A DNA stretch of 64,000 bases from Tubiluchus corallicola. Lineage: Eukaryota; Animalia; Priapulida. Under the pieces are notes generated by a model. The model ran no database searches and had not been told where the DNA came from. It saw only the letters and a program-made list of their open reading frames with translations. The stretch lies in contig JAQGDQ010000430.1 in the NCBI GenBank assembly GCA_030141605.1, positions 124,001 through 188,000 on the forward strand, written 5' to 3'. Positions 12,198 to 26,517 of this stretch are shown one piece after another. The position numbers and the translations under genes are program-made. Numbering within the stretch: position 1 is the stretch's first letter; each line of letters begins with the position of its first letter.

Positions 12198-13963
12198 AAT
12201 CGTTAGTGTTGGACTGTGTTGTTGATTAGTGCAATTATTATCCAGATTACCATTTTTAGGCTTCAGAAAAACAGTATCAATACCCATTTTTAACTAATAT
12301 TGCTTCTGTTTTCATTGTTTCCACGTGTCTTGGGCCAAGGTTTGTGCACAATTTATTTTTTTCCAGAAATCACATAGATGACAAGACATCAATAATGTCA
12401 GATGGGTGCTAGGACTGTTTCCTACTCAGAATGCGAAGAATACAGTTCCAATGAAAAAAATAAGGTTTTCGATTTTTTTCGCCTACTTCGGTTTTAAATT
12501 TATAATCTTTCGCTCTTTTGACCTGTTAATATTTTCCGCGTTAAATACAATGATTTTCTTTCGATTTTAGTACTTTTAAATTGAACTTTGTACTAATAAA
12601 ATTGGAATTATAAATCGAGCGTGTTATAAAATTGGAATTCATAAACTGTTTTATGTTTTACGGTTGCTATATAGCCATAATTATAGCTTTTTCTCTTCTC
12701 ATTTGTATTAAAATGCAGATATACGTGCAGGTGTGAGTTCGTTCATGTAGAGAGCGTTTTAACCCTTTCCTTCAGCCGCGCTCTGAGGTTGGGCGAATCT
12801 TCTCCGGTTCATGAATCTCGCAGTTAAGCCAGTTACATATGAACCACCAAACCCCCAAATCAGATTGTCTTTGTGCGCAGACAAACCGAAACCTACTTAT
12901 CATTCTTTTGAAAATTTCATTGTTTTTCCAGTATAGGTTGCTAAGTAGCAGTTTAATAAACTTTTGGTTTATATAAAATAAATATTATTTATCGTGCTGC
13001 ACCCCATTGTTCTTCTACACTAGCGCCGCCCTTGTGTTTCGCCTCGAAAGTTCATCCTTGTTGGAGTGTATCTGGGCGTGTCATCTGAAGAGGCAGCCGA
13101 CAGACGTCTGATTAATAACGCTTCGATTAGCAATTATTCTGCGTAGTGCTGATTTCCAATAGTTGCCGTGTCTTGGTCGATTTAAAAAACCTGCACTATA
13201 CGTGAAGTGCGTGTTGATAATGTTAATAATGCCCTGGCAAATTTCAGCCATTTCTATAGTTCTTTTGTGTCATATTTTTAAGTAAAGTGGCGAGATTTAT
13301 CAAAAATCGAATCTAATTTTGGTAAATGTTAGTTCAAAGTATACTAAATAACTGATTTATTTGAGTCGAAATGAAGTTTGGTAATTGTCTAAGTCCACAA
13401 CATTACTAGCATACTGTAATCCTTATACACTACAAACAGTTACTTTTACAAACTCATTTTACGTAAGGCGTCACTGTCAGCTTGTTGAACTCTTGATACA
13501 TGTGCACATATAACTCACTCATTTTAGAAAATTAACTTTTTTTCTGCTCCAACTTCTGTTCTTAGTTTTGTGACTTTGGAAATATTAATTATTTGGTCTG
13601 TTGACATTGTCTTAACAAAAAATTTTGGAGCATTTTCGTTTTTTACCGAATTAAACTAAATGTGCACTCGGCTCGTATATGATGCAAGTGTAAATTTCTC
13701 ATATTAGAATTTTTAACAGAAATGTTTCTTTTTCACTTTTTTATTATTCGATTTTCACTATATTTGACAATGTTTTTCTGTAGAATATTTAAAAATCGTT
13801 TAACAACGAACGAAAATTAATTCTGTGTGCAATTTTAACTGATGAATTTCAATCAGCATTTCGTTATACAAACAAGTTTACAATCTTGGAATTTCAAATT
13901 TTCTAATGCGAAATTTATTGACTAACAATATGTTTCTTAGTAGTTTCAGATACAACGTTATAC

Positions 13964-14389
13964 CAGGGGCGTATCTACCAATAGCTGTAGACAAGGGCCC
14001 CAAATTTTCAGGGCGTCAGATTTTAAGAACCCAATGTTAAAAAAATTCTTTTTGCCCTTGGAAAATGAGTGTCCTTTTATATTCCTTTAGATCGTGTATT
14101 TTATAACACACCACAAGCAGTTACTTTAGCTACTTTCAATATGCAATATGATAGCAAAGAAATACAATTGTTTCATAAACTGTACCATACCACAAGCAGT
14201 TGCTCTGTATACAATCACTATGCAGATATACATAATTAAGAATAGCCTCTTAAGTAATAGTGCTGCTAACACACCACAAGTAATTATGTACCAAACTTCA
14301 TATTTAAATAACCATGAGCAAATAACAGGGGAGATGGGCGGAACTGAAACATCAGCCTAGGGTGTCGTAGTGTGTTGATACGCCCTCTG
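13964..14389. mobile_element. Old CAGGGGCG-type MITE (hAT-like)
   Basis: Termini CAGGGGCGTATCTAC / GTTGATACGCCCTCTG, with three internal accacaagcagtt-like repeats about 80 bp apart. TSD decayed. Confidence 0.55.
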
Positions 14390-15276
14390 TGTTAACCGCA
14401 CGTTGAACTTGTTCTTGCTCCATTTCTGTAATTATTACGTAGTTCATTACACGAAGGTCACCTTGGAATAGACACAACACTGCAGAATAACACACTAAAA
14501 ACATGTAGCATTCAATAAACGATTGTCAAGTAATAAAATTTACTTCACGGATATCTCATAACCACTTATAAATGAATAAAACTGACCGTAGCGAGCATTT
14601 TATATAACATGAACAATGTCTTTCCTCGTTGGTTTTGTTCAGTTTATTACACGTTTAGCCAGTTATAAGTGACATCCTGAATCAGACACAGCGGGTGGTA
14701 TGCTGGCTACATAAAATCTGTTCTGCCAAAACGACGTTTTTGTGCTCGAGGGGAGGAGGACAAGTGACCAAGCGAGCCGAATGATGACCGATTAGCAAAC
14801 CATCTGCGCTACAATTTTTTCACTGCAGCTTCAACGCATTGGCAAAGTGAAAGATGGGGAAGCCATGCTGCCTAGAATATGTAAACGACAGTTGCTCTGT
14901 TGTCTAACTAAGGCCAAACCTGATAAAAAGAGTTTGCGTTGTTTGCACGTTTATACATTCTAAAAGACGGAACGCCCCACTTGTTGGTAGATGTGCAAAC
15001 TACGTTTGATTCTAACAAAACAAACATTTATGGTAAGCTTATTTTGTGAAATTAAGATTTAAGGTTAAAATTAAGATATTGACAACAAATATAAAACAAT
15101 AGGCTTATAGCTGAATAATTTAGACAAGAAATCCTAAGGTGAGACTTTCAAAAGGGTGTCCCAGTTTTCAAGGTTTATCAGTTAAATGAATAATAGTTTT
15201 ATAGATAAACTGAGTGGTTCTTTCATTTTTGAATAGCATGTTTAGGTTTCGCGAGCAGAAGCCACGATTTAGATTT

Positions 15277-15478
15277 GGGTGGCTGAGTGGCTAGGTTTCG
15301 GACTGCAAGCGTCTTGAGTTCGAGTCTAGCGGCTAGACACCAATACATATGCCCTGCATGTTATTTGTTATTTGTGTGCTGCGTCCTTACTTGTATTGTT
15401 GCAAGTCGCAAAATAGCCGTTGGTGCTAATGTTATCTGTTAAACGAGCGACGGTAAATAAATGCTATCTTTGTCTTTT
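15277..15478 (+). mobile_element. tRNA-derived SINE family A, copy 1
   Basis: A box TGGCTGAGTGG (15280), B box GTTCGAGTC (15318). The body (aaatagccgtt..tgctaatgtt...gtaaataaatg) aligns with 49835-50028. Confidence 0.75.
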
Positions 15479-16109
15479 AATTGCTATCTTTCTTTAGAAA
15501 AAAATCTTGAATTTTTACTACCGTTAATTCTTTCATCATTGCATTTTGTATAATCATTTATCAAGATGGCTGCGACCGCATTATAAAATAATGCCTTTTT
15601 CCAAAAGATTCATCCGCTTTTTTTAATTCTTATAAACGAAAGATTTTTTTACAAATGAAACGGGTTACTTTCTAAACCATTAAAAGAAACCCTTTTTAAA
15701 GGGTTATAATATGACTTCTTGTGCCTATAGTACCGTGGAGTACGTTTAAAAATCACCTAGGTACCTATCCTGATGTTATTAATACCAATCTAATTTTTGA
15801 GAAACTGATTGATGAAAGGAAAACCAAAGTTTTAAACCTTATATAATTTATATAATTTATATTATTAATTTATAATATAATTTATATTATTATAATATTA
15901 TATTATAATATAATATAATAACTAATATATTAATACTAATATCATATTAATGTAACATGTTAAGTATATATTAATATTAATAGAGGTTATTAATTACGCT
16001 AGTAATTTATGCTACGCAAAACTTATTAACGCAATTTTCAAGCTTTGCACACATTTACATGTGTAACGTTAATTTTGTGATTTTGAAACAAAAAATCACT
16101 GTGAACGGT

Positions 16110-16232
16110 TCAACACAAATCAAAATGCACTAAGTACATTTCAACACAAATCAATGTGCACTAAGCATATTTCAACACAAATCAAGATGCAGGAAGTACA
16201 TTTCGGCACAAATAAAAAAACGCACTAAGCAA
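16110..16232. repeat. 31-bp tandem repeat, about 4 copies
   Basis: ttcaacacaaatcaaaatgcactaagtacat repeated. Confidence 0.8.
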
Positions 16233-17114
16233 GCTTCTGAAATTAAAAAACAACATCACAAATTTTCTTAAATTTACGCCACACTGCTAAGTTCCTTTCT
16301 TTGTCACAGTTTATCACACTCAAGCAGAAAAATATTCAGTCACTACTTCTGAATTAAAATCTTGTAAAACCTGATTGTTGCGCTTGAGATATTCACCTAA
16401 TCCACGTGGCTTCGCCGCTAATCCGATCTTATCCATCTCCGCGCACGCGCAGTGGTGCTCTCACTACCGCGTGTGAGTTTTTCCATTTCGGCAACTTTTA
16501 TGTGTTTAAGTTTCGAGGAAAATGAAGTAGACTTGCCTCTGGCTGTTAGACAACAACACAGTCAAGTTACCTAACAAGCGTCGTTGCCCCACGGCCAAAA
16601 ATATTTCAGCCTTGTATCATTTGTTGAGCGGTGCCGGGCTCAAAGAGTTACGACCTATGGTTAGAGATGGTTCTAGCCAGAGGACATGCGATGAGACAGC
16701 TCTGCACAAGAAGAGAGATGCTAGCAGATTTACCTAACAATGACGAGGAGCAACCCTAAACCAGACGAAGAATTTGGTCGAAAATGCGGAGAAAGAATAA
16801 AATTCAGGTGGTGCCTAGAGGTGGTGGAGTATTTCAAATAACAGTTAAAAATGTGTCGCAGAATTGAGTGTAAAGATCAAGGAAAAAAGTTGAGTGGCTT
16901 GAGTCACTTTTGTGGGTCCACTAATGTGCTTCGTTGCCTCTTTTACACAGCCCTAACTGTTGAGTTTATGTAATGCTGTCTTCTGTCTTTGCAAAACAAC
17001 TAAAATGAAAACTGCATTCAGTTAAACAAAAAATGAAAAGTCTAGTTCTAAAATGACAGTTGTTTCTAATTTACACATTGGCTTTCATTTGTAGTGGAAC
17101 TAGAATTAGAATTA

Positions 17115-17770
17115 CAAATTTATTTCACAGTGAATCTTGCATACCAATTGTTGACACATTATAAAATATAAACGAGTCACTGTGATGAGGAGATTTCGAG
17201 TTCTCCTCCAGATAAGTGCAACAATTGACAATTAACATTACATAGTGATTCGCAAAAGTTATAATGTACAAATTTGAGAAAAGTTAAGTGTTGTTAGTAA
17301 CTTAAGATCTGGATGAGTCAAATTGTAGTGAGTTAATTATATCGTTGTAATAAGTAATTCTTTCATGTTTTTTAAGTTGATAAAGGCTAAGAGTTTTCAT
17401 TTCACGTGGAATTGATGACCATAATTTAATAGCATTAAGATTTTGATGTATGTCTATTTCATTATATTTGTTTTTCAAAGAGGGAGTAGCTAGGTTTCGA
17501 CTGAACACCCTTTGTAATGATCATGCTGATTTGAAACTGGACTAAAGTGGAACTCCACGGAGCATCAGTAGCTTTTTAACATCCTTGCTTTTCACACCAC
17601 GTTTTCATATTTATTCGAAAAGTCAGCAAGCTTCTATGGCAGTATTTACATAGTTTCATAGAATAGTTTGTAGTTTAACAGGGAAGATACAAGCTTGGTA
17701 GAAGCTTTTTTCATACTATACTGCAATTAATTTACTTTTTTGTTTTTTTCTGTATGCAGTCAGGTGTTAT
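17115..17770 (-). mobile_element. Degenerate CR1/L2-group LINE 3' fragment
   Basis: The ORF-track peptide 17302-17508 contains IKLWSSIPREMKTLSLYQLKK, resembling the KLWNSLP...S...FKK terminal motif of CR1/L2-group ORF2. Confidence 0.55.
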
Positions 17771-18638
17771 TTCGTATAGATACTCTTCCTTTAATTGTAT
17801 CAACCCTTATGTTTGCTGCTTGTCGACGAATTTTTTAAACTTTATTTATAAAGAGTGCTTTTTGTGCCTTAAAATTTGTCATGTATCTCTGTCATAAGTT
17901 CACGTTACTTTCTTAAACACAACGCTACCTGTCTACCCCTTAGCACGTTACTGGAAAGGTAAAAACAAAGCAAAAGCTGTTTGATTTTCAGATGATTAAA
18001 ATCGTCTACAAGAAAGGAAGAAGAAGAGAACAACAAAATAGAAGGAAAATAAGAAACTCGTCTACATCTGTAGTAAATATTTTTTCCTCTAGTTAACCTG
18101 GCGATTTTATAAAGAAAAGCAAAAACAGGTATGTACTAACAATGTAGAACCAATTATAATATATAATCGGGGAAGAGAGGCACAGAAATGAAAATACCCA
18201 GAGGAATTATTTCGTGAACAGGAATCGATGGCGCAACAGAAAGATTTTGCTGTCTGAAGAAATGCCAAGTCGTCACGTTATGTACTGGCGCAAGTGGATT
18301 ACATTGTCTGCATAACACTTTGTCTTTAGTAAATTAACATATTATTAAAAATTGATTGATCTCATTACTGGCTTGGGGGGACCCAATCACATTACCGCAA
18401 AAATGCAATACTAATAAATTAGAATGTCTAAAAAAAATTGCACGTCCACTGGGACTTGCACCCAAGACTTTCTTTTTTCTGGGCATCTGTGTTAGCCATT
18501 ATACCGTAGAGGCACTTGACACTTTAAACTCAGAAATTCAGAAGGAAAATTCAGATTTTAGACTCGGGAATTAGAATCCGCGCGTAGTATACGAGACCTG
18601 GCATATAAATGCACAAATTAAAAAAATGTAAAAAGTTG

Positions 18639-18700
18639 TATCTCCACCGGTATTCGAACTCAAGACCTGCTTTCTGGGCAGTTGCTACTGCCAGTTATCG
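18639..18700 (-). mobile_element. tRNA-derived SINE head, family B
   Basis: Reverse complement agtagcaactgcccagaaagcaggtcttgagttcgaataccggtggagata, matching the 42253 copy. Confidence 0.5.
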
Positions 18701-19033
18701 CTCTAAGTTTAGTAACAATATTAATAAGAAGTCAAATAAGAACATATAATCAGAATATGAATTAAGTGAACTTAAGTGAACACAATAAGATTGCATTTTT
18801 AATAGCTTATTGTACTACTCTTTAATCAAATTGCCTAACATCACAAGTTTACATATTTGTTAATATTGTAACCAATGTTGTAGTGTCCACTCATGTATTA
18901 TCATATTTTATTATGTTGAGTTGAAGCAGCAGACACGATGGTCTCTCACTGCCCTTTCTTCTGCACATGATGTCTTCCCCGTTTGTAACTTCTGATTTGT
19001 TGCACTATCTGTTCGAGAGAAAAAAAATAAATT

Positions 19034-19583
19034 GTCTATGTCGGTGTCTATATCTATGTCTATGTCTATGTCTACGTCTACGTCTACGTCTACGTCTACG
19101 TCTACGTCTACGTCTACGTGTACGTGTACGTGTACGTGTATGTGTATGTGTATGTGTATGTCTAAATCCATGTCTATGTCTATGTCTATGTCTATGTCTA
19201 TGCCTATATCTAGGTCTAGGTCTGTGCCTATACCTATGCCTATGTCTATGTCTATGTCTATTTCGTGTATGTGTATGTGTATGTGTATGTCTATGTCTAA
19301 ATCCATGTCTATGTCTATGTCTATGCCTATATCTAGGTCTAGGTCTGTGTCTAAGTCTATGTCTATGTCTGTGCCTATACCTATGCCTATGTCTATGTCT
19401 ATGTCTATTTCTATGTCTATGCCTGTGTCTAGGTATAGGTGTAAATCCATGTCTATGTCTATGTCAACGCCTACGTCTATGTGTATGTCTATGTCTATGT
19501 CTATGTCTATGTCTATGTCCATGTCTATGTCTATGTCTATGTCTATGTCTATGTCTATGTCTATGTCTATGTCTATGCCTATG
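19034..19583. repeat. (TCTATG)n hexanucleotide repeat with variant units
   Basis: Direct reading. Variants tctacg, tgtacg, tgtatg, cctatg and tctagg. Confidence 0.95.
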
Positions 19584-21760
19584 CTCATTCCTGTGCCCTA
19601 ATTTTACCCATATAGTATTTTTCTGGAAAATTTACGACGTCCCGCTTGATCTGTCAGCATGAGTACAGGAACAGGTACATACCACTTGTACACTGAACCC
19701 AAGCAACGCGTACTTAGCATACAGAAACACCCCGTGCGGTGGGTCTTTCTTTTGATAATTGCCAGGACTTATCATAAATGCACGTCGACTCCTACAAGCC
19801 GTAAAATTCATTGTATTTTCCGTCATAAAATGTCAATATGATGGTTGTTACATGTCGTTAAAATGTTTTATTATTCCTTGGTGCATTTGGCTCTTGTCTT
19901 ATCTACGTTGCTCAGAGCTTACAGCGTTTACAGCCCAGTCATTGGGGGCTTCGCTCATTCGTTCTTGATGAAACATGTCCGATCATTTAGAGCTTCTCTA
20001 AGGAAGCTGTCAGCAGAAAGTAGCAAAAAGACATAGAAATTTACAGTTGCTACTGTATTAGCAGAAACGTGATAAAAACGTGGAGTTAGTTTTGATAGAA
20101 TTATAGTTCAAAAAGAAAGTACAAATTTTGTCACATACAAAAATTTTACCCTCGCTAGAACCACATGTCCACTTAAAAACCTGTCCCGATTTGCGCATGC
20201 GCAAAATGAACCTAAAACATGTAGCAGTTATCTTGGTCTCCCAACATACGATATTTTTTTTGTTGAATTAATTTTTACCGAACCTGGAAATCTAAACGTC
20301 TAAAATAGCCAGTAATACATCCCAATCATAAATAAAATTAGTACTCTTACAATTTGTTTATATATATTTTTCGTGCTGACTAATATGATTGTATATATCT
20401 ATTATGTATATAGTTTGTGCAGACTCATGTGTACTTGAATGATACGATGATACAGATTGTACCCACACTTAAATACCTTCGTACTATTAACAATGATCTG
20501 AAGGATAATGAAGATATTTGTGAACCAAACACAGTTGTTCTATGTCCGTATTTAAACTTTAATAAGAAAGTTTAGTAATTGTTTTTTCTAATGTTAAATC
20601 CTTTCTCTTCGTAAGCCACTGTTCTACCTTTTACTATCTTTCACTGTCGGTTAATTCTAACAAATATATTCAAGAGAAACTCACAGTATCATACAATAGT
20701 GGTATAAAGAAACTTTTTAAACTTAAGTGATTGCAGTGTATCTCAGATGTGTGTAGATCTACCTCTTCCATATTTTTTACGCATACACGACGTAAATGTT
20801 ATGCTGATCTGATGGTAAATGACTCTGAGATACGGCAGAGTTGAATTTTTTGTTTACTTCCTTGTCCTTTCGGTAGGGTAGCTATGAATTTTTTAATTGT
20901 TGCATATGATTAGTAGTTCTAGAAACAAAAGCAGAATTGAATTGAAATAATTTGCAGACTCGTGTAACATAATAATTATACTACAGGCTCCTTATTTTGA
21001 TTGCCATAAAATTGCCATAAATCTCGGTGGTCTACCCACTGAGTTGATTGTACAGACGTAAGTTGAAAACAAGCTCTCCGGTTCGAATCTGGAGACTGGG
21101 CATTTTTCACGTTTCACCGTACACAGTGAAATATTCCTTTTTAATGCGAGTAATTGCTAAATACAACCACTTAAGCACTCAAAATATAACTAATTCCCCA
21201 TCACCCATCAAACTACAACACAGTTTACGTAGATTTTTTCCGTTAACGAATGTTCTCACCTTTGCCTGTTTAGATGTTCTGCAATTTATTTCTGTAATGG
21301 TTATGAGTAAATGATGACTTTATTGCAAGTTACTTAATCGATACGCGTCATATAAAAACCTCAGTGAGCTTTATCCGTGGTCCTTAGTACGGTTTCTTTT
21401 GCTTTGTTACCACAATGGCCACCTGCAATCGTATCACAAAGGTCTAGGTTCCAGTAGAAAGGGTTAAGCTTTATTGTTGTTGTTTTTGTTTATGAACGAA
21501 GAGCACCTTAAGTTACAAAACAGATGGTGGCGAGTTTATAATCGTGAAACTTGAGATGCTCGTGATACAAGAGAAAACGGCAAGCGATCACGTGACACGA
21601 AATACAGGACATTGACTCTTGCCTCCTTGAAATCGTTTGAGTGAAAATAGAGAATTACATAAAAATCCTTAAACTTTAATAATTAGTAATTATTAATTGT
21701 GAATCTTATTCATGTACCTATAAATTTGCATGTAAAAATCTTAATTATTTAATCAGGATG

Positions 21761-21878
<118 letters not shown>

Positions 21879-22215
21879 GAACAAGAACAATAATAGACTA
21901 ATTAACAATAAGGACTTACTTAGCCTTCACTGTGTGATAAGTTTTTACTGAATTGCGACTGATTTTTCGAAGCAAGACTTTTTAATATTACCAAGTAATT
22001 TATGCTCAGTTTAATTAATGTGACTATTTAGGTTAAGTATATAATTATACAATAGGTTGCCTCATTGTATTATATTGTTTTGTAAGATTATGAAAATTTT
22101 ACTAACCACATACTGAAGTTTGTGAGGTAACTGGTGAAACACTTGCAACAGCAGTGCAAAGTTCATGAATACATGAAAATAAAATCGACACATTACAAAA
22201 TTAATGAAAAAAACA

Positions 22216-22285
22216 TGGCTGAGAGTAGGTTCGATCTTCCCATTTCTAATGCGGAAGTAACACACCTTCAGCTATTTTAAAACCT
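22216..22285 (-). pseudogene. Decayed third tRNA-iMet-like copy
   Basis: tggctgagagtaggttcgatcttcc matches the tRNA 3' half tagcagagagtagtttcgatctacc at 21/25 nt and is preceded by an A7 run (terminator on minus). The 5' half is unrecognisable. Confidence 0.55.
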
Positions 22286-22367
22286 TGATGAGTGCATTTC
22301 AACGTGATTACGCATGAATATAAAGACGAAAAGCTTTTTACATAGTTCGCGAAAATGTACAAAACGA

Positions 22368-22439
22368 TAGCAGAGAGTAGTTTCGATCTACCGACCTCTG
22401 GGTTATGGGCCCAGCACGCTTCCACTGCGCCACTCTGCT
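22368..22439 (-). tRNA. tRNA-iMet: Initiator tRNA-Met (CAT), copy 1
   Basis: Reverse complement AGCAGAGTGGCGCAGTGGAAGCGTGCTGGGCCCATAACCCAGAGGTCGGTAGATCGAAACTACTCTCTGCTA. It shows A1:U72, three consecutive G:C pairs in the anticodon stem and an AUCG T-loop, the eukaryotic initiator hallmarks. A T4 run follows immediately downstream. Confidence 0.98.
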
Positions 22440-22891
22440 ACTACTTACGGGAATTCGAATGAAACTTCTTACAAAGCTCTGAAGTGCACAAATTTACGAC
22501 TGAAGCACATGTAATTATTTTCAGTATTGCATCAGCCACTCGCTTCCTCTTGAGCATAAATGGCGCTTGTCTTTTTTCTAGCTTCTACATGTATAAAGAC
22601 ATTTATTTTTGCAGTAGAAACATTAAACAAATAATACTCAATGTTTCATACACTGCGCAGATTATATTTTATATTGTGCAGTAATTTTGTGCCTAGTTCA
22701 AGTAATGGTTATAAAACGATATAAAATGTGGTCTGTGTAGAGAGAGAGAGAGAGACCCGGTGTATTTGGTCGCTGCTGTAGTTTTCGGCTGCTTAATTAA
22801 CTTATCTCTAATAATTCGTTTGATTTTATTCAAAAAAACGAGAAACATAAAGAACTTTCTAATTAATTGTTTGGAAAAAGACAGACACGCT

Positions 22892-22963
22892 TAGCAGAGA
22901 GTAGTTTCGATCTACCGACCTCTGGGTTATGGGCCCAGCACGCTTCCACTGCGCCACTCTGCT
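22892..22963 (-). tRNA. tRNA-iMet: Initiator tRNA-Met (CAT), copy 2
   Basis: 72 nt identical to copy 1 with unrelated flanks. A T5 terminator lies ~13 nt downstream (AAAAA at ~22875 on +). Confidence 0.98.
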
Positions 22964-23569
22964 GTCGCTTGCGTACAAGGCCACAGGATTGATCTAAAAC
23001 CCTTGATGCACAAATACTACGCGTAAATTGTCAGGATCAATAATTTCAGTTTGTTACATTTGCTAGTGCGATGAGCGTATTTACTCTTTTGCTGCGTGTG
23101 TTTTCGTCTGCAGAGTTCGCCACCCACTGCTATGTTTCTGCTTTCATGTAATACAGTATTTCGACATTTGCCTTCTCTAAAACGAGTTTTGGATTAAGTA
23201 GATATTTTCTAGATATCAATTCTATTTTAGTTCTGCATCGTCTGAACTTTTGTAAGTTTGGAAATTAGCATATCGACTTTGTGTAAATTCATTAAGTTGG
23301 ATTCGAACAAATTAACTTCACAGTGTTGTGAAAGAATATCTATATATATATATATATAAATAGCCACTGAAACAATTCTCTGTTCAATTTCTGTAACTGT
23401 AAATTATATGGATTGATTGTAAAACTGTATTAACGTAGGCGTACATAGCTATGTCAGATGCAAGAATATAGGGGCATAAACCTAATAATAAGAGTTACTA
23501 GTATAACTCGCAATACACCAATATACGACAAAAAATGTCATCCTGATCGCCCACAAGTGCATTTAGGTG

Positions 23570-23625
23570 CGAAGTTAAGCAGTTCCAAATTTAGAAGCTA
23601 AATGGATGTGTGACCGTAGAAAATC
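23570..23625 (+). pseudogene. Degenerate 5S rRNA-derived fragment (internal control region)
   Basis: CGAAGTTAAGC, then 23 nt, then GGATGTGTGACCG. This matches the box A to box C motifs and spacing of metazoan 5S rRNA. Confidence 0.5.
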
Positions 23626-24150
23626 TGCTTATGAGTGCCAGTGCTTCATTTCTGTTCACCTGCTCGCTGAGAAAAGAAGTGGGCATATCTGAATGTCGAT
23701 TTTCAAGGATGTCGTGCCTTTTACTACTGGATTGCAGCTGGGGATGTGTCAAACTGTCAAAAAAACTACTGTAAACATCTGAAACAGCTCAATTGTGACG
23801 TAGTGCGCACGATCGAGAGCGTCGAACACGATCGGCAAACTTTTTAAATTTGAATCTTAAACTTAAAATTTGTTTTGTTTTTTGTTTTTCCTTCTGAATG
23901 TTGTACAGTAGCACTGTACTTCAATTTTCAGTTTTGCAAACACTCGCCGCACATTCATGAAATGTTTCTGCTGTTTAAAATCAAGTTCAGTTATAATAAT
24001 GTTATCACTAGGTGGCCTCGCCTGCCGTTAATGTAGTTTTTGACCTATTATTTAATTAAATTTATACACTCACTTCAAAAGATAGTGTTAGATATGAAAA
24101 ATCGTTGTGTTTTCCTTTAATTATTACCAATACTATTCTGAGTACTGGGG

Positions 24151-24331
<181 letters not shown>

Positions 24332-26061
24332 AGTCTCTGAATCAGCGGTGTTGATGATGCCACATTATAGCGGAGCAGGTGGCAAGGACACGCGCCCCTG
24401 CGTGTTGATGGGATCTCCGTCCCAGAAGAGACCGTCATAACAGTTAACCACGACTGATTACCGTCGATAAGGTCAACTAGGAGAGATAAACAAAGACACT
24501 TCCGATTTGAATGATTTATGCGAGATTGATTGCGATTATGAATTATAAATCACTACAAAATGTGAAATCAAAATGCGTCACGGTGGTCTATGGTAATCAT
24601 TCTTTCTGTAGGTTGAGATATCGCATAATTATCTTTCAAACGTTCTGGAAAGATTTTAGCAAAATACAGAAGAAATGTGCTAACTTGAAAATGAATCTTA
24701 ACGTCAAGTAAAGGAGCAATTAACAAAATGTGCTATAAAAATTAGAAAAAAATATAACATTTCATTCAAAACTGTCTGAACGAATTGTAGAGTTTGAACT
24801 GTAAATTTGTATTGTGAAACTTAGTAGCTTGCCAAATAATTCAATAGTGTAAAAGAACTTTTTCATCTAGAACTAAATTTTGTCGAAGGTGCTCTTGATT
24901 ACTGCACCAAAAATTTAATATATTTAGTACTATTGTCAAAAAAATAAGGCAAATTTTCACAATTTCTTTAAAACTGTGTCGAATTACACAAATTCGAAAC
25001 AAATAGCAAAAAAACATCATTGTGAGATTGTGACTCCTTTGTTTATTGCATAAAGTTCTGTCTGAGAAAAAGTTATGCTTTTGTTGTAGGCACTCTGGTC
25101 CTCTAGGAAACAGTGTGACTCCTTCCACTAAATACTAAGAGCTACCCAAAACTGCCATAGAAACACATAACGAAATAAATGCACAATTTTTTTCGAGATT
25201 TTATTCATAAAAAATACGAAAACTTGAAATTGAAATGCTCTTTGGATCAAAGACCTTGAAACGAAATGTTTGATCATGCCTAATCCGAATTCTGTCTCAT
25301 GTGCTAAAACCCATAGCTAAATACCGTCATTCGTGAGGCTGGAGTTACATGAAGTATCAAGTTTACAAGTCTATAGGTTTACTTGCAGGTTTAGAGGTTT
25401 CCAGGTTTGCAGGTATCTCACGAGCTGCAACATTCATTACATTTCGACCACCGTCAGTTTCTATGCCATTTGTTGAGTCGTAAATGTATTTATTTGCTCG
25501 TAAAAGTCATTTGTGTGAGCTTGACAAGAGCCTCGCGGTGGCCTTTTACCTGTTTGCACAGTCACGGAATCTCGGCCGAGCAAGCATTAAAAACTTTAAC
25601 ACCGAGCTGGCTAGTCGTTTCCTTACATTTAAGTTGTTTCATTATAAAAACTTTCCCACTTTCTAACGTTATTTCCCGTTTATTTGCCGTGTTCCCAAGG
25701 AAACTTAATCAATGTACTTTCACGTGCACACGAATCCTGTGCAAACCAAGCATAACTTAAAATATGATCAGGAGAAGAGGAAATAGGCTTCAATGTTAAG
25801 TGTCGTTTAAACTTTTTTGTTTCTGCAAAAACTAGTCGTAGCAACACACGTGTTTGAACTTTGATTTGTATATTTATTTTTCTTCAAGTAACTTCTCATG
25901 TGATTGTTTTATTTTGTCTTTTTTTCAATTTTTGTTATTTACTGGTAATCTGACATATTATATTGCGCTTGCAATCTTTCCTTCGATTCCTCGTTACCCT
26001 AAGTGAAAGTAATTAGCTTACTCTAAGTAGGCTTTATACCACATATTGTTTTCGTCTCCAA

Positions 26062-26517
<456 letters not shown>

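Noticed and set aside
13040-13120. CTGAAGAG as a hammerhead ribozyme (Penelope-type) core
   Set aside because: No correctly placed GAAA or stem II. Similar partial motifs at ~46200 and ~47445 also fail.
18911-19662. DI-, CL- and SM-repeat ORFs of 189-231 aa
   Set aside because: Hexanucleotide repeat open in several frames on both strands.
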